From Chloroflexota bacterium (GTDB lineage: Bacteria > Chloroflexota > Limnocylindria > Limnocylindrales > CSP1-4): a stretch of 64,000 nucleotides of DNA. Numbering within the stretch: the first letter of the stretch is position 1; every line of letters begins with the position of its first letter. The DNA lies in contig BPIH01000001.1 in the NCBI GenBank assembly GCA_026004015.1, positions 208,398-272,397 on the forward strand, given 5' to 3'. Both the position numbers and the translations under genes were made by a program. The notes below the pieces were generated by a model, which did no database searches, was not told where the DNA came from, and worked only from the letters and a program-made list of their open reading frames with translations. Below are positions 38,696 through 49,259 of the stretch, piece after piece.

Positions 38696-39475
38696 TCAGC
38701 CCCCCGGTCCGCCGGCGTGGCGTCGGACGAAGTCGAGGACCTCCTGCCAGGCCGCCTCGGACGTCTTCGCGTAGGCGTCGGCCCGCCGGTCGAAGAAGCT
38801 GTGCGGGGCGCCGGGGTACGTGACGATCCGGTGCTCGACGCCGGCCCGGGTCAGGGCCGCTTCGAAGGCCTCGACCGCCGAGGCCGGGATCCCCTCGTCG
38901 GCCCCGCCGAAGATCCCGAGGACCGGCGCCCGCATCCGATCGGCGACGTCGGCCGGGGCCGGCGTGTCGTTCCGGGAGGCCCCGACCGGCCAGCCGTAGA
39001 AGCCGATGACGCCGGCGAGGCCGAGGTCGAGGGTCGCAGCGAGGAACGAGAGCCGGCCGCCGAAGCAGAAGCCGATCGTGAAGAGGGACCGGACGGCCCC
39101 GCCCTCCTTCGAGCGGAGGAAGTCGGCCGCCGCGGCGACGTCGGCGCTCAGGCCGGCGAAGGTGGTCCGAGGGACGTGGGCCGCGTAGTCGAAGCTCGGC
39201 CCGCGGCGCCCGAGCCCGGCCGTCCGGCCGAAGTAGTCGATGGCGACGGCGTCGATGCCGTGTTCGGCAAAGCGGAGGGCGAGGTCCTCGTAGTAGGGGT
39301 GGAGGCCGCGCACGTCGGGCAGGACGATCATTCCTGCCCCGGTCGGCTCGGCGGCGCGGGCGGCGAAGGCGGTGAAGCGGTTGCCGTCGCGGGCGTGGAG
39401 GGTGAGCTCGGTCGTCTCGAGCGCCCCGCCGGCGATGGGCGGGATGGGTGGTCGGGCGTCGTGGTCGAAGCACAT
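38696..39475 (-). CDS. dienelactone hydrolase family protein
   Basis: Start MCFDHD at 39475 after GGGAGGAGG. Nucleophile elbow IGFCFGG; GAPHSFF near the C-terminus. Confidence 0.8.
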   Translation of the reverse strand: MCFDHDARPPIPPIAGGALETTELTLHARDGNRFTAFAARAAEPTGAGMIVLPDVRGLHPYYEDLALRFAEHGIDAVAIDYFGRTAGLGRRGPSFDYAAHVPRTTFAGLSADVAAAADFLRSKEGGAVRSLFTIGFCFGGRLSFLAATLDLGLAGVIGFYGWPVGASRNDTPAPADVADRMRAPVLGIFGGADEGIPASAVEAFEAALTRAGVEHRIVTYPGAPHSFFDRRADAYAKTSEAAWQEVLDFVRRHAGGPGG

Positions 39476-39529
39476 GGTCAGCCTCCTCCCGTGCTGCTCG
39501 GGCGCATCGTACCTGGGCCCGCTCGCCAG

Positions 39530-39569
39530 AGTGGCCGACACGTACCACAAAGTGGCCGGTACGTGCCAC
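39530..39569. promoter_or_regulatory. two tandem 19-nt operator-like repeats, 21-bp period, upstream of the HTH gene
   Basis: AGTGGCCGACACGTACCAC (39530-39548) and AGTGGCCGGTACGTGCCAC (39551-39569). Each has inverted GTGGC...GCCAC-type arms. They lie 17 nt upstream of ATG 39586. Confidence 0.45.
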
Positions 39570-39585
39570 GCTCGAGACTGGCGCC

Positions 39586-40379
39586 ATGACGGGGCCATCG
39601 AAGCTCGTGCCTCCGCGCGAGGGCTGGATCCGGGTCGGACGCTCGATCCGCGCACTCCGGCTCCGGCGGCGACTCCGCCAGGCCGACCTCGGAGCGCTGG
39701 CCGGCGTGTCACGGAGCACGATCAGTCGGATCGAGCGCGGCGACCTCGGCGGGGTAACGATCGCCAGCCTGGCCGGGACGGTGAGTGCCCTCGAGGCGAC
39801 GCTCGGCCTGTCCGTGCGCTGGCACGGCGAGGCCCTCGACCGACTCCTCGACGAGGGCACGCGTCCCTGGTGGACGTCGTCGTGCGGCTGCTCGGAGCGG
39901 TCGGTTGGGAGGTCGAGGTCGAGGTCAGTTTCGCCACCGGCGGCGAGCGGGGCTCCATCGACGTCCTCGGCTACCATCCGGCCACGGCCTCGCTCGTGGT
40001 CGGAGAGGTGAAGTCGGTCGTGCCGGATGCCCAGGCCACGGTCTTCCTTCTCGATCGAAAGGCGAGGGTGGCACCGGAGCTCGCCCGGCGGCGGGGGCTC
40101 CACGTCCGGAGGGTGTCGCGGGTCCTCTTCGTCGGCGACGACAAGACGGCCCGCCGGCGGATCGCCCGGCACGCCGCGCTCTGGGCGGCGGCCCTGCCGG
40201 TCCGGGGACGCAGCGTGACGGCCTGGCTCCGGAACCCCGGGGACCCGCCGATCTCCGGGCTGCTCTTCCTTCCCCGGCCGTCGGGTGCGGCGAGCTGGGA
40301 TGCCGTCCGGGTCCGCCGGGTGCGGGCCCGCGCGACGCGACGACGCGGCCCCTCGACCGAGCGGGACGGCTCGCCGTGA
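39586..40379 (+). CDS. XRE-family HTH protein fused to a PD-(D/E)xK nuclease-like domain, one frameshift near 39852
   Basis: HTH LRQADLGALAGVSRSTISRIERGD in the frame of ORF 39448. The C-terminal part, in the frame of ORF 39372, has GSIDVLGY...LVVGEVKS (D...ExK). Confidence 0.6.
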
Positions 40380-40918
40380 GGGGCGACGTCGGCGAGAGGC
40401 GGCGGCTCGCGGCCGTGGCCCTCGACGCAGCGGACGTTGGTCATCTTCTCGCCAGCTGAGCCCAAAGCGGTCGTTTGGGCCCCGCGTCGACGGCCGGACC
40501 GGACGACCGTGCCTCAGCGCCGCTCTCCCACGCTCGTCGCGCCACCCGGTCGGTCCCATGCCCCGTCTCGAAGCCGCCCGACGCCGGCCGGTGACGGACA
40601 TACGCCCACGGCATGAGCGTATGTCCGCGCGGCAGCCGAAGCCCGTCCTCCCATCGGCCGCCGGGACTCCGCGTTCTCGTCTGACGAGAACGCGCGCCGC
40701 TGCGGCGTCCGCCGTGCCCACGCCACGAGCGTTCCGGCCGGCACACAGTCGGTCGGGGACGCCTGCGCCGCCGCCGCCCGTCTCGGCGACCGGATACCGC
40801 CCGTGCCACGGGAAGATGTCCAAGGTCGGCGGAGAGAGGTCCGGGATCAAAGGCCGATGAGCGAAGACGCGTCTTGGCTTGCTCGAACCATGACAGCGGC
40901 CCCGATCCCCGCTCGCGC

Positions 40919-40924
40919 TAGAAT
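40919..40924 (+). promoter_or_regulatory. -10-like TAGAAT 7 nt upstream of the lysC ATG (candidate leaderless promoter)
   Basis: gcgcTAGAATcccgccgATG, with no SD sequence. Confidence 0.4.
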
Positions 40925-40931
40925 CCCGCCG

Positions 40932-42372
40932 ATGTCCACCCCCCTCGTCGTCCAGAAGTTCGGCGGCTCGTCCGTGGCGACCGCCGACCGCATCAAGCGC
41001 GTCGCCCGCCGGATCGCCGCCGAGCGGGCCCGTGGCTCCGACCTCGTCGTCGTCGTTTCCGCCATGGGCGACACGACCGACGAGCTCCTCGGCCTCGCCG
41101 CCGCCATCACCGACGACCCCGATCCCGCGGGAGCTCGACATGCTCCTCGCCACCGGCGAGCACCAGAGCGCGACCCTCGTCTCCATGGCCCTCCATGCCC
41201 TCGGCGTCCCGGCGATCAGCCTGACCGGTGCCCAGGCCGGGATCACGACCGACGGCCGCTACGGCAAGGCCCGCATCGCCAACGTCGACCCCCGTCGGAT
41301 CCGGGCCGAGCTCGCCGCCGGCAAGGTCGTCATCGTCGCCGGCTTCCAGGGCGTCAGCGAGGCCCGCCTGCCCGCGCCGCCAGAGACAGGCGAACCCGCC
41401 GCCCCGGCACCCGCCATCCCGGCACCCGCCATCCCGGCACCCGCCGCCCCGGCCCCCGCCGCCGGCCGCGACGGCCCGGCCGCCGCCTCCAGCCTCCCGC
41501 CGACCATCGTCGCCGAGATGACGACCCTCGGCCGCGGCGGCTCCGACACGACCGCCGTCGCCCTCGCCGCCCGGCTCCACGCCGACCGCTGCCAGATCTT
41601 CACCGACGTCCGCGGGATCTATACCGCCGACCCCCGGATCGTGCCCGAGGCCCGCCAGCTTCGGGTCATCGGCTACGAGGAGATGCTCGAGCTCGCCCAC
41701 CAGGGTGCCCAGGTCATGCAGACCCGGGCCGTCGAACTCGGCTGGGTGAACAACGTCGTCATCGAGGTCCTCAGCAGCTTCGAGGACGCCCCGGGCACGC
41801 TCATCAAGGAGGACCCATTCGTGGAACAGCGGAACAAGGTCCGCGGCCTCGCCCACGATCGAAACGTCGCCAAGGTGACCCTCGTCGAGGTGCCCGACCG
41901 ACCCGGGGTCGCGGCGGCCGTCTTCGAGCCCCTGGCCGAGGCCGGGATCAGCGTCGACATGATCGTCCAGAACGTCGGCCACCACGGCACGACGGACCTC
42001 TCCTTCACCGTGTCCCGTGCCGACCTCGCCCGGGCCAAGCGCATCCTCGAGCCCGTCGTTCGCGAACTCGGCTTCCGCGAGATGACGACCGACTCGTCGG
42101 TGGCGAAGGTGTCCATCGTCGGAGCGGGGATCCAGAACGCGCCCGGGTACGCGGCCCGCATGTTCCGAACCCTCGCCGACGCCGGGGTGAACATCGAAAT
42201 GATCTCGACCTCGGAGATCCGGATCACCTGCATGATCGCCGAGGACATGGTCGAGCCGGCCGTCCGGGCCCTCCACGCCGCCTTCGAGCTCGAACGACCG
42301 GACGACATCGAGACGCCGGCCTCGGAGGCGGAGGGAGCGGCGGGAGCGGCGGGCCGAAGCGCCGCCGGGTGA
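40932..42372 (+). CDS. lysC: aspartate kinase, one frameshift near 41125, with a ~48-aa Pro/Ala-rich insertion
   Basis: [16 protein letters not shown]...[15 protein letters not shown] (frame 0). [14 protein letters not shown]...[16 protein letters not shown]...two ACT domains (frame 1, ORF 41032..42372). Confidence 0.9.
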
Positions 42373-43301
42373 CCGACCACACGGTCGAGCCCGGTTCGGT
42401 CGCCTCACCGTACACCCGGCTCGAGCGCTTCGTCGTCGTCGGCTCCACGAACGACGTCGTCCGAGCCTGGCTCGCCGAGGGCACTCCCGAGATCTGCGTC
42501 GCCGCCGCCGACGAGCAGACGGCCGGTCGCGGGCGAGCCGGACGACGCTGGATCGCGCCGCCCGGCGCTGCCCTCCTCGTCTCCCTCGGTTTTCGACCGA
42601 CGTGGCTGCCGGCCGACCGCGCCTGGCGCATCCCGGCCGTCGCCAGTCTCGCCATGGCCGACGCGGCCGAGGACGTCGCCGGCCTCCCCGAGCGAACGAT
42701 CAGACTCAAGTGGCCGAACGATCTCGTCGTCGTCACCAAGGGACCGGACGCCCTCCTCGTCGGAGAGGTGGACGCGACGGCGGCACGGGAGCGGTTGACC
42801 GCGCCGCTCGAATACCGGAAGCTCGGGGGCGTGCTCGGAGAAACCGAGGGCCTCGGCTCGGCCGACCCGCGGCTCGTCGTCGGCATCGGGGTGAACGCCG
42901 ACTGGCCGGCGACCGCCTTTCCGCCCGACCTCGCCGCCACGATGACGAGCCTCCGGGAGGCGTCGGGCGGTCGACCGATCGACCGGGGAGCCCTCCTCGA
43001 CGCCTTCCTCGATCGCCTCGCCGCCCGGATCGAAGCCCTCCGCGGCGGCTGGTTCCCCGTCGACGATTGGATGGCCCGCCAGCTGACGAGCGGTCGGCTC
43101 GTCGACCTGGAGACGGACGCCGGTCTCGTCGAGACGGTGCTCGCCGTCGGCCTCGATCCGCAGAGCGGCGCCCTCCTCGTCCGCGATCCGGCCCGGCCCG
43201 AGGCGCCCGAGCGAGCCGTCCACGTCGGCGAGGTGCGCCACGTTCGGCTCGCCCTGGCGCGCGGTGGCGGCGAGCGGTCCCGACCGCCCGAGGGGGTGTA
43301 A
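42369..43301 (+). CDS. birA: biotin--[acetyl-CoA-carboxylase] ligase (no N-terminal HTH)
   Basis: GTG 42369 overlaps the lys[16 protein letters not shown] signature, KWPNDL, GIGVN. Confidence 0.85.
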   Translation: MTDHTVEPGSVASPYTRLERFVVVGSTNDVVRAWLAEGTPEICVAAADEQTAGRGRAGRRWIAPPGAALLVSLGFRPTWLPADRAWRIPAVASLAMADAAEDVAGLPERTIRLKWPNDLVVVTKGPDALLVGEVDATAARERLTAPLEYRKLGGVLGETEGLGSADPRLVVGIGVNADWPATAFPPDLAATMTSLREASGGRPIDRGALLDAFLDRLAARIEALRGGWFPVDDWMARQLTSGRLVDLETDAGLVETVLAVGLDPQSGALLVRDPARPEAPERAVHVGEVRHVRLALARGGGERSRPPEGV

Positions 43302-43305
43302 CAGC

Positions 43306-44928
43306 ATGGTCGGTCCGGTGTTTCGGAAGCTGGAGAGCGGAAGCGCGAGGGAGGGCGAACGCCCGAAGCCGCTCGACCCGAACCGGCGACCGCCCCGACC
43401 TCCCGATGCCCCTCGACGGTCCGGCCGGTCGGCGGACGCTCCCAGCGCTCCGCGGGTCGCCTACCTCGACCAGGATCGCCAGCTCGTGGAGGCGGCCCGC
43501 CGCGACCCCCGGGCCTTCGAGGCCCTCTATCGGAAGTACGTCGCCCAGGTGTACAGCTTCGCCTACTACGAGCTCGGAGACCAGGCCGCAGCCGAGGACG
43601 CGACCGCCCGAACGTTCCTCTCGGCCCTCCGCGCCCTGCCCGGCTTCGACGAGCGTGCCACACCCTCGGACGGCGAGGGCGCCTCGACCTTCCGGGTCTG
43701 GCTCTTCCGGATCGCCCGGAACACCATCGCCAACGAGTGGCGAGCCCGGCGACGACGGCCGATCGTCGAGCTCGAGGCGGCCGCCGCCCTGCCCGACCCG
43801 GCGCCCGGCCACGACCCGACCACCGCCGCGATCCGGCGGGCGGAAGCGGCCGCCGTCTGGGACGCCGTGGCTGCCCTGCCCGCGGACCGGCGGCGGGCGA
43901 TCGTTCTCCGCTTCGTCGAAGAGATGTCCATCGCCGAGATCGCCGGCGTCCTCGGCCGCTCGGAGGGCGCCGTCCGAGTCCTCCTCCATCGCGCCGTTCG
44001 GGCGGTCGGCGAGCGTCTGGCGGCTGAGGAGACCGAGCGAAGGCCCGACCGCCCGAGGCGAGGACGGTGCTCCGGACGGTCGTCGTCCAGCCCGCCGTCG
44101 GGGGGACGAGTGATGACGCCGCCTCAGCCCGGCCTCGACCGGTGGTCGAGGGATCAAGCAACGGCGGCCATCGACGTCGACCCGGCGCTCGATCGCCGGA
44201 CCATAGAGCGCCTCAGCCGCGCCCTCGTCCGCGTCCACCCCTCGTTCCGTTTCGAGGAGCGCCTCGCCCGCGAGCTCGCCGAGCTCGCCGCGTCCCTCCC
44301 CGGGGGCACCGAACGCGCGCCGGCCGCCGTGCCCACCCGACCCACGCCGAAGCCCGCGCTCCCCGCGGAGCCGGAACCGACCGCTGCGACGTCGACCCGG
44401 AGCGCTGTGCCTCCCTCGGTCCCGGAGGCCGCGCACCTGCCAGGATCCCCGGACGGCCACGACGGCGCGGCCCAAGGAGCCGGTGACCGCCATCGGCGCG
44501 CCCGGCCCTCCGTCCCGGCCCCCCTCCGCCATCCCCTCGTCCTCGGCGGCGCCATCACCTCGGCCGCCATCTCCATCGCCGGTGTCGCCTTCCTCGCCTG
44601 GCGCCGCAGCCACCCGTCTCGCCATCCCATGGCCCGGGCCGTCCGCCTCGCCCACGGCGGCCTCGCCCACGGCGGCCTCGCCCACGGCCTCGCCCACAGC
44701 GGGCCGGCCCGAGGCGTCGCCCACGCCCTCGCCAGTGGCGGCCTCTCCCACGACGGCCTCGCTGCGGCCGGCCTCGGCCTCGCCCCCTCGCGCTCCCGGC
44801 GCCGGGGCCGGTCCCTCGCCGCTCGCGGTCCGGCCCTCCTGGCGAACCTGGCGATCCGCGCGGCCGAACGAACCGGCCATCCCGGGCCGGCCGGCACGAC
44901 CGAGTCCACGAACGCGAGGCCCGGCTGA
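43306..44928 (+). CDS. ECF sigma factor continuous with a membrane-spanning C-terminal (anti-sigma-like) region
   Basis: Region 2 (FEALYRKYVAQVYSFAYYELGDQAAAEDATARTF...RIARNTIANEWR) and region 4 (LPADRRRAIVLRFVEEMSIAEIAGVLGRSEGAVRVLLHRA). The same ORF continues to a TM helix LVLGGAITSAAISIAGVAFLAW and LAHGG repeats. Confidence 0.75.
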   Translation: MVGPVFRKLESGSAREGERPKPLDPNRRPPRPPDAPRRSGRSADAPSAPRVAYLDQDRQLVEAARRDPRAFEALYRKYVAQVYSFAYYELGDQAAAEDATARTFLSALRALPGFDERATPSDGEGASTFRVWLFRIARNTIANEWRARRRRPIVELEAAAALPDPAPGHDPTTAAIRRAEAAAVWDAVAALPADRRRAIVLRFVEEMSIAEIAGVLGRSEGAVRVLLHRAVRAVGERLAAEETERRPDRPRRGRCSGRSSSSPPSGGRVMTPPQPGLDRWSRDQATAAIDVDPALDRRTIERLSRALVRVHPSFRFEERLARELAELAASLPGGTERAPAAVPTRPTPKPALPAEPEPTAATSTRSAVPPSVPEAAHLPGSPDGHDGAAQGAGDRHRRARPSVPAPLRHPLVLGGAITSAAISIAGVAFLAWRRSHPSRHPMARAVRLAHGGLAHGGLAHGLAHSGPARGVAHALASGGLSHDGLAAAGLGLAPSRSRRRGRSLAARGPALLANLAIRAAERTGHPGPAGTTESTNARPG

Positions 44929-44931
44929 GCG

Positions 44932-47050
44932 ATGCCGATCAAGTTCCCCTCCTTCCGACCCCGCCGAGACGCCTACCCGGCCGACCTCTGGACGAAGTGC
45001 CCCTCCTGCTCGGAGATGCTCTTCAACCGGCAGCTCCAGAAGTCCTTCCGGGTCTGCCCGAACTGCGGCCACCACTTCCGGATGGCGGCCGCCGAGCGGC
45101 TCGCCCTCCTCCTCGACCCGGGCTCCTTCGAGGAGCGCGACGCGAACCTCCAATCCCTCGATCCGCTCGGCTTCGTCGACCAGAAGCCGTATCCCGATCG
45201 CCTGACGGCGGCCCAGCTGGCGACGGGGCTCCGCGACGCCGCCGTCTGGGGCTTCGGCCGGATCCAGGGGGAGCGGGTCGCCATCTGCGTCATGGACTTC
45301 GGCTTCATGGGCGGCTCGATGGGCTCGGTCGTCGGCGAGAAGGTCGCCCGGGCTGCCGAAGCCGCCCTGGCCGAGCGGGTCCCCCTCGTCATCGTCTCGG
45401 CCTCCGGCGGGGCCCGGATGCAGGAGGGGACCCTCGCCCTCATGCAGCTGGCGAAGACCCTGGCCGCCATCGAGCGCCTCCGGGCGGCCCGGATTCCCTA
45501 CGTCTCGATCCTCACCGACCCGACGACGGGCGGCGTCTACGCCTCCTTCGCCGCCGTCGGCGACGTCAACCTCGCCGAACCGAATGCCCTCATCGGCTTC
45601 GCCGGGGCGCGGGTCTCGGCCGGGACCATCGCGGCCGAGCTGCCGGCCGGGTTCCAGCGGGCCGAGTTCCTCTTCCGCCACGGCTTCGTCGATCGGGTCG
45701 TGCCGCGGGCCGCCCTTCGGGACGAGCTCGCCCTCGTCCTCCGCTATCTCCGTCCGGCGCCCGCTGCGAACGAGCCCGGTGAGGGCGAGCCGGAAGCGAC
45801 CCTCGGTCTGCCGGCCTTCCGGCCGCTGTCCTTCATCAGCGAGCTCGCCGACCGGGTCCTGGCCGACGGTCGGCGCGACGACGAGGAGACCGCCGCCCCG
45901 AGCGGGACCGCCTCGCCGAACGTGAGCGCCTCCCCGAGCGGAACCGCCTCGTCGACCAGCTCAGGCCACCCTCAGGGCAACGGCAACGGACCCGTTCTCC
46001 CGCCCGACCAGGCCGCCGTCTGGGAGCGCGTCCAGCTCGCCCGGAACATCCGCCGTCCGCGGACCCTCGAGCTCGTCACCCACCTCGCCGACGAATGGCT
46101 CGAGCTCCACGGCGACCGCCTCTTCGGCGACGACGACGCGATCGTCGCCGGGCTCGCCCGGATCGACGGACGGCGCGTCGTCGTCGTCGGCCACCAGAAG
46201 GGGGCCGAGACCGAGGAGAACATCCGCCGGAACTTCGGGATGCCCCACCCCGAGGGCTACCGCAAGGCGATCCGCTGCTTCGAGCTCGCCGAGCGCTTCG
46301 GTCTCCCCGTCCTGACCATCGTCGACACGCCCGGGCGCCTACCCCGGCCCGGCCGCCGAGGAGCGCGGGGTCGCCGAAGCCATCGCTCGGGCCATCGCCT
46401 GCATGACCCGCCTCCGAACCCCCATCGTGACCGTCATCGCCGGCGAGGGCGGCTCGGGCGGCGCCCTCGCCATCGCCGCCGGCGACGTCGTCCTCGCCCT
46501 CGAGAACGCCGTCTACTCCGTCATCAGCCCCGAGGGCTGCGCCTCGATCCTCTGGCGAACGGCCGATCGGGCGCCCGAAGCCGCCGTGGCGATGCGGATG
46601 ACGGCCGCCGAGCAGCTCGCCCTCGGGGTGGTCGACGCCGTCATCGAAGAGCCCCCGGGCGGTGCGCACGCCGATCACGCCGAAACGGCCCGCCGCCTCC
46701 GGCCGGCCATCCTCGCCCAGTTCGACGCCCTCGCCGCCCTGCCGGTGGAGGACCTCGTCGAGCGACGCTACCGCCGCTATCGAGCCATGGGCGCCTTCAC
46801 CGAGGTGGCCGTCGAGGCCGTTGCCCCGGGCCGACCGGGTCTCGCCGAGCGGATCCGCAGCCTCCTCGAGGCGGGTCGGCAATCCCTCGCGGCACCGACG
46901 CGGGTCCTGCCCGGCCGGCCGGCCGGGAGCCGATCGGCCCCCGAACCCAGGGCCGACGCTGCGGGCCGACCCGTACCCGAGCCCCGCCTCGACGCGGCCG
47001 ATCGACCCGAAGAGGGCGGCGGCCGCCCGCCTGACGAGCCGAGCCGATGA
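44932..47050 (+). CDS. acetyl-CoA carboxylase carboxyltransferase, fused beta (AccD) and alpha (AccA) subunits, one frameshift near 46336
   Basis: AccD zinc ribbon CPSCSEMLF...CPNCGHH and [11 protein letters not shown]...GGARMQEG. A low-complexity linker follows. AccA part [33 protein letters not shown]...PHPEGYRKA...VDTPG, then in another frame [11 protein letters not shown]...[10 protein letters not shown]. Confidence 0.88.
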
Positions 47051-47815
47051 CGCCGAACGACCGCCCGCACGAGGCGCCGACCACGGCCGAGCCGGCAGCG
47101 GCAGCCCTATCCGCCTCGTGCCTCCTCGCCTCCCGCCGCTCCCGCCCGCAGCGACCACGCCGCCATCGAGCGACTCGTCGAGGGGCTCCTGCCGGCCCTC
47201 GCCGCCCGCCTCCGGGTCGGCGACCTCGACGAGATCGAAGTTCGCGAGGGCGGCTGGCGCGTCCGGCTCCGACGGCCCGGGGCCGGCGCTCCGCCGTCGA
47301 CCTCCGAACCGGCGCCACACCCCGAGCAGCGCGGCGCCGCCTCCCGAGCAGCCCCATCCTCTCCGGCCGGGCGTGCTTCGCCGTCGGGGCGGGCCGCCGG
47401 GCCGGCGCCCCGATCGTCGACCTCCAGCCTCGTCGGCATCGGGCCGGCGGCGGGGGGGCCCGGCTCCGAACGAGCGACGGCGGGCGGTCGGCCACGGCGG
47501 CCCGTCACCTCGCCCGCCGTCGGCCTCTTCCGACCCACCCCGGGGTTCGCCGTCGGTCGGCGGGTCCGGTCCGGCGACCGGATCGGGGTCGTCGACGTCC
47601 TCGGGGTGCCCCACGACGTCGTCGCCCCGACGGACGGCCTCGTGACCGAGGTCGCCGTCGAGGCCGGGCAGCCCGTCGAGTACGGCCAGGAGCTCGGGTC
47701 GATCGAGACCGTCGGGCCAAGAGGCGACGGGGCCCGCCGCCCTCGGCAGCGGCTGCCCCCGGTCACCCGGCTGCCCCCGGCACGCCCAGCCCCCGATATC
47801 GCAGGAGGGAGCTGA
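47047..47815 (+). CDS. BCCP-like biotinyl/lipoyl-domain protein lacking the biotinyl-lysine (at least one frameshift ~47100-47160)
   Basis: ATG 47047 overlaps the accDA TGA. BCCP-type N-domain IERLVEGLLPALAARLRVGDLDEIEVREGGWRVRLRR. C-domain TSPAVGLFRP..VRSGDRIGVVDVLGVPHDVVAPTDGLVTEVAVEAGQPVEYGQELGSIE has LGVPH where EAMKM is expected. Confidence 0.65.
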
Positions 47816-49188
47816 GTGTTCGGCCGCATCCTCATCGCCAACCGCGGCGAGATCGCCCTCCGCGTCCTCCGGGCCTGCCGGACCCTCGGCATCGAGGCCG
47901 TCGTCGCCTACAGCGAAGCCGACCGCGACAGCCTCGCCGTCCAGCTCGCCGACGAGGCGATCTGCATCGGCCCGCCGACGCTCGCCGCTCGTACCTGTCG
48001 GCCCCCGCCCTCATCTCGGCCGCCATCATCACCGGCTGCGAGGCGATCCACCCGGGCTACGGCTTCCTGTCCGAGGACGAGGGCTTCGCCGAGGCCGTCC
48101 GCGCCCACGGTCTGACGTTCATCGGGCCGCCGGCGGAGGTCCTCGAGCGCTTCGCCTCGAAGGAGGGGACGCGGCGCCTCCTCGCCGCCCACGGCCTGCC
48201 GACGATCCCCGGCTCGAACGGGATGCTCCGCGACGACGCCCACGCCCTCGAGGAGGCCGAGCGGATCGGCTATCCCGTCCTCATCAAGCCCTCGGCCGGT
48301 GGCGGCGGCAAGGGGATGCGGATGGTCCGGACGCCCCGCGAGCTCCAGGCCGCGCTCCCGGTCTGTCGCTCCGAGGCGAAGGCCGCCTTCGGCGACGACA
48401 GCCTCTACCTCGAGCGCTGGCTCGACGAAAACCGCCACGTCGAGGTTCAGATCGCCGTCGACCGCTACGGCAACGGCGTCCACATCGGCGAGCGCGACTG
48501 CTCGGTCCAGCGCCGCCACCAGAAGATCGTCGAGGAGGCGCCGTCGCCGGCCCTCGACGACGCGACCCGGGCCGAGCTCTGCGACCGGGCGATCCGGGCG
48601 ATCGTGGCCGCCGGCTACGAGAACGTCGGGACCCTGGAGTTCCTCCTCGACCGGGACGGCAACTTCTACTTCATCGAGATCAACTGCCGGATCCAGGTCG
48701 AGCACCCGGTCACCGAGCTCCTGAGCGGGATCGACATCGTCGAGCTCCAGCTCCGGATTGCCGCCGGCGAGCCGCTCCCGTTCCGGCAGGAGGAGATCGC
48801 CCTCCACGGCCACGCCATCGAGTTCCGGGTCGCCGCCGAGGACCCGGAACACGAGTTCCGACCCGCGGCCGGCGTCGTCGAGGCCTTCCGGGCGCCCGGC
48901 GGGCCGTGGGTCCGTCTCGACTCCCACCTCTACGCCGGCTACGAGGTCCCGCCGTACTACGACTCCCTCCTCGGCAAGCTCATCGTCTGGGGGCAGACCC
49001 GCGAGGAGGCGATCGCCCGGGGCCGGGTCGCCCTCGAGGAGCTCGTCGTCGAGGGGATCCCGACGAACGTCGGGCTCCTTCGGGCGCTCCTCCGGAACCC
49101 GGTCTTCCTCGAGGGCCGGATGACGACGAACCTCCTCGACCGGGTCGGCGCCTCGGCCTTCCTCGCGGCGGCGGCGCGGGCGGGGTAG
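47816..49188 (+). CDS. accC: acetyl-CoA carboxylase biotin carboxylase subunit, one frameshift near 47975
   Basis: GTG 47816 follows immediately after the preceding [23 protein letters not shown], then in another frame [31 protein letters not shown]. Confidence 0.92.
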
Positions 49189-49259
49189 CGGACGGCGTGG
49201 AACGCGTGCCCCCTCGACGGTTCGTGCATGGCTGCACCGAAGCCGAGCGGAGGAGCTCG

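Noticed and set aside
505-45681. Very long ORFs antisense to, or out of frame with, conserved genes. Examples: 505..2319(-), 2139..3806(-), 6234..7772(-), 12646..15207(-), 20711..22402(-), 38451..41246(-), 42733..45681(-), and 6467..8452(+).
   Set aside because: Their translations are Arg/Pro/Gly/Ala low-complexity strings. They overlap genes with unambiguous family motifs on the other strand or frame. Stop-poor alternative frames are expected in very GC-rich DNA.
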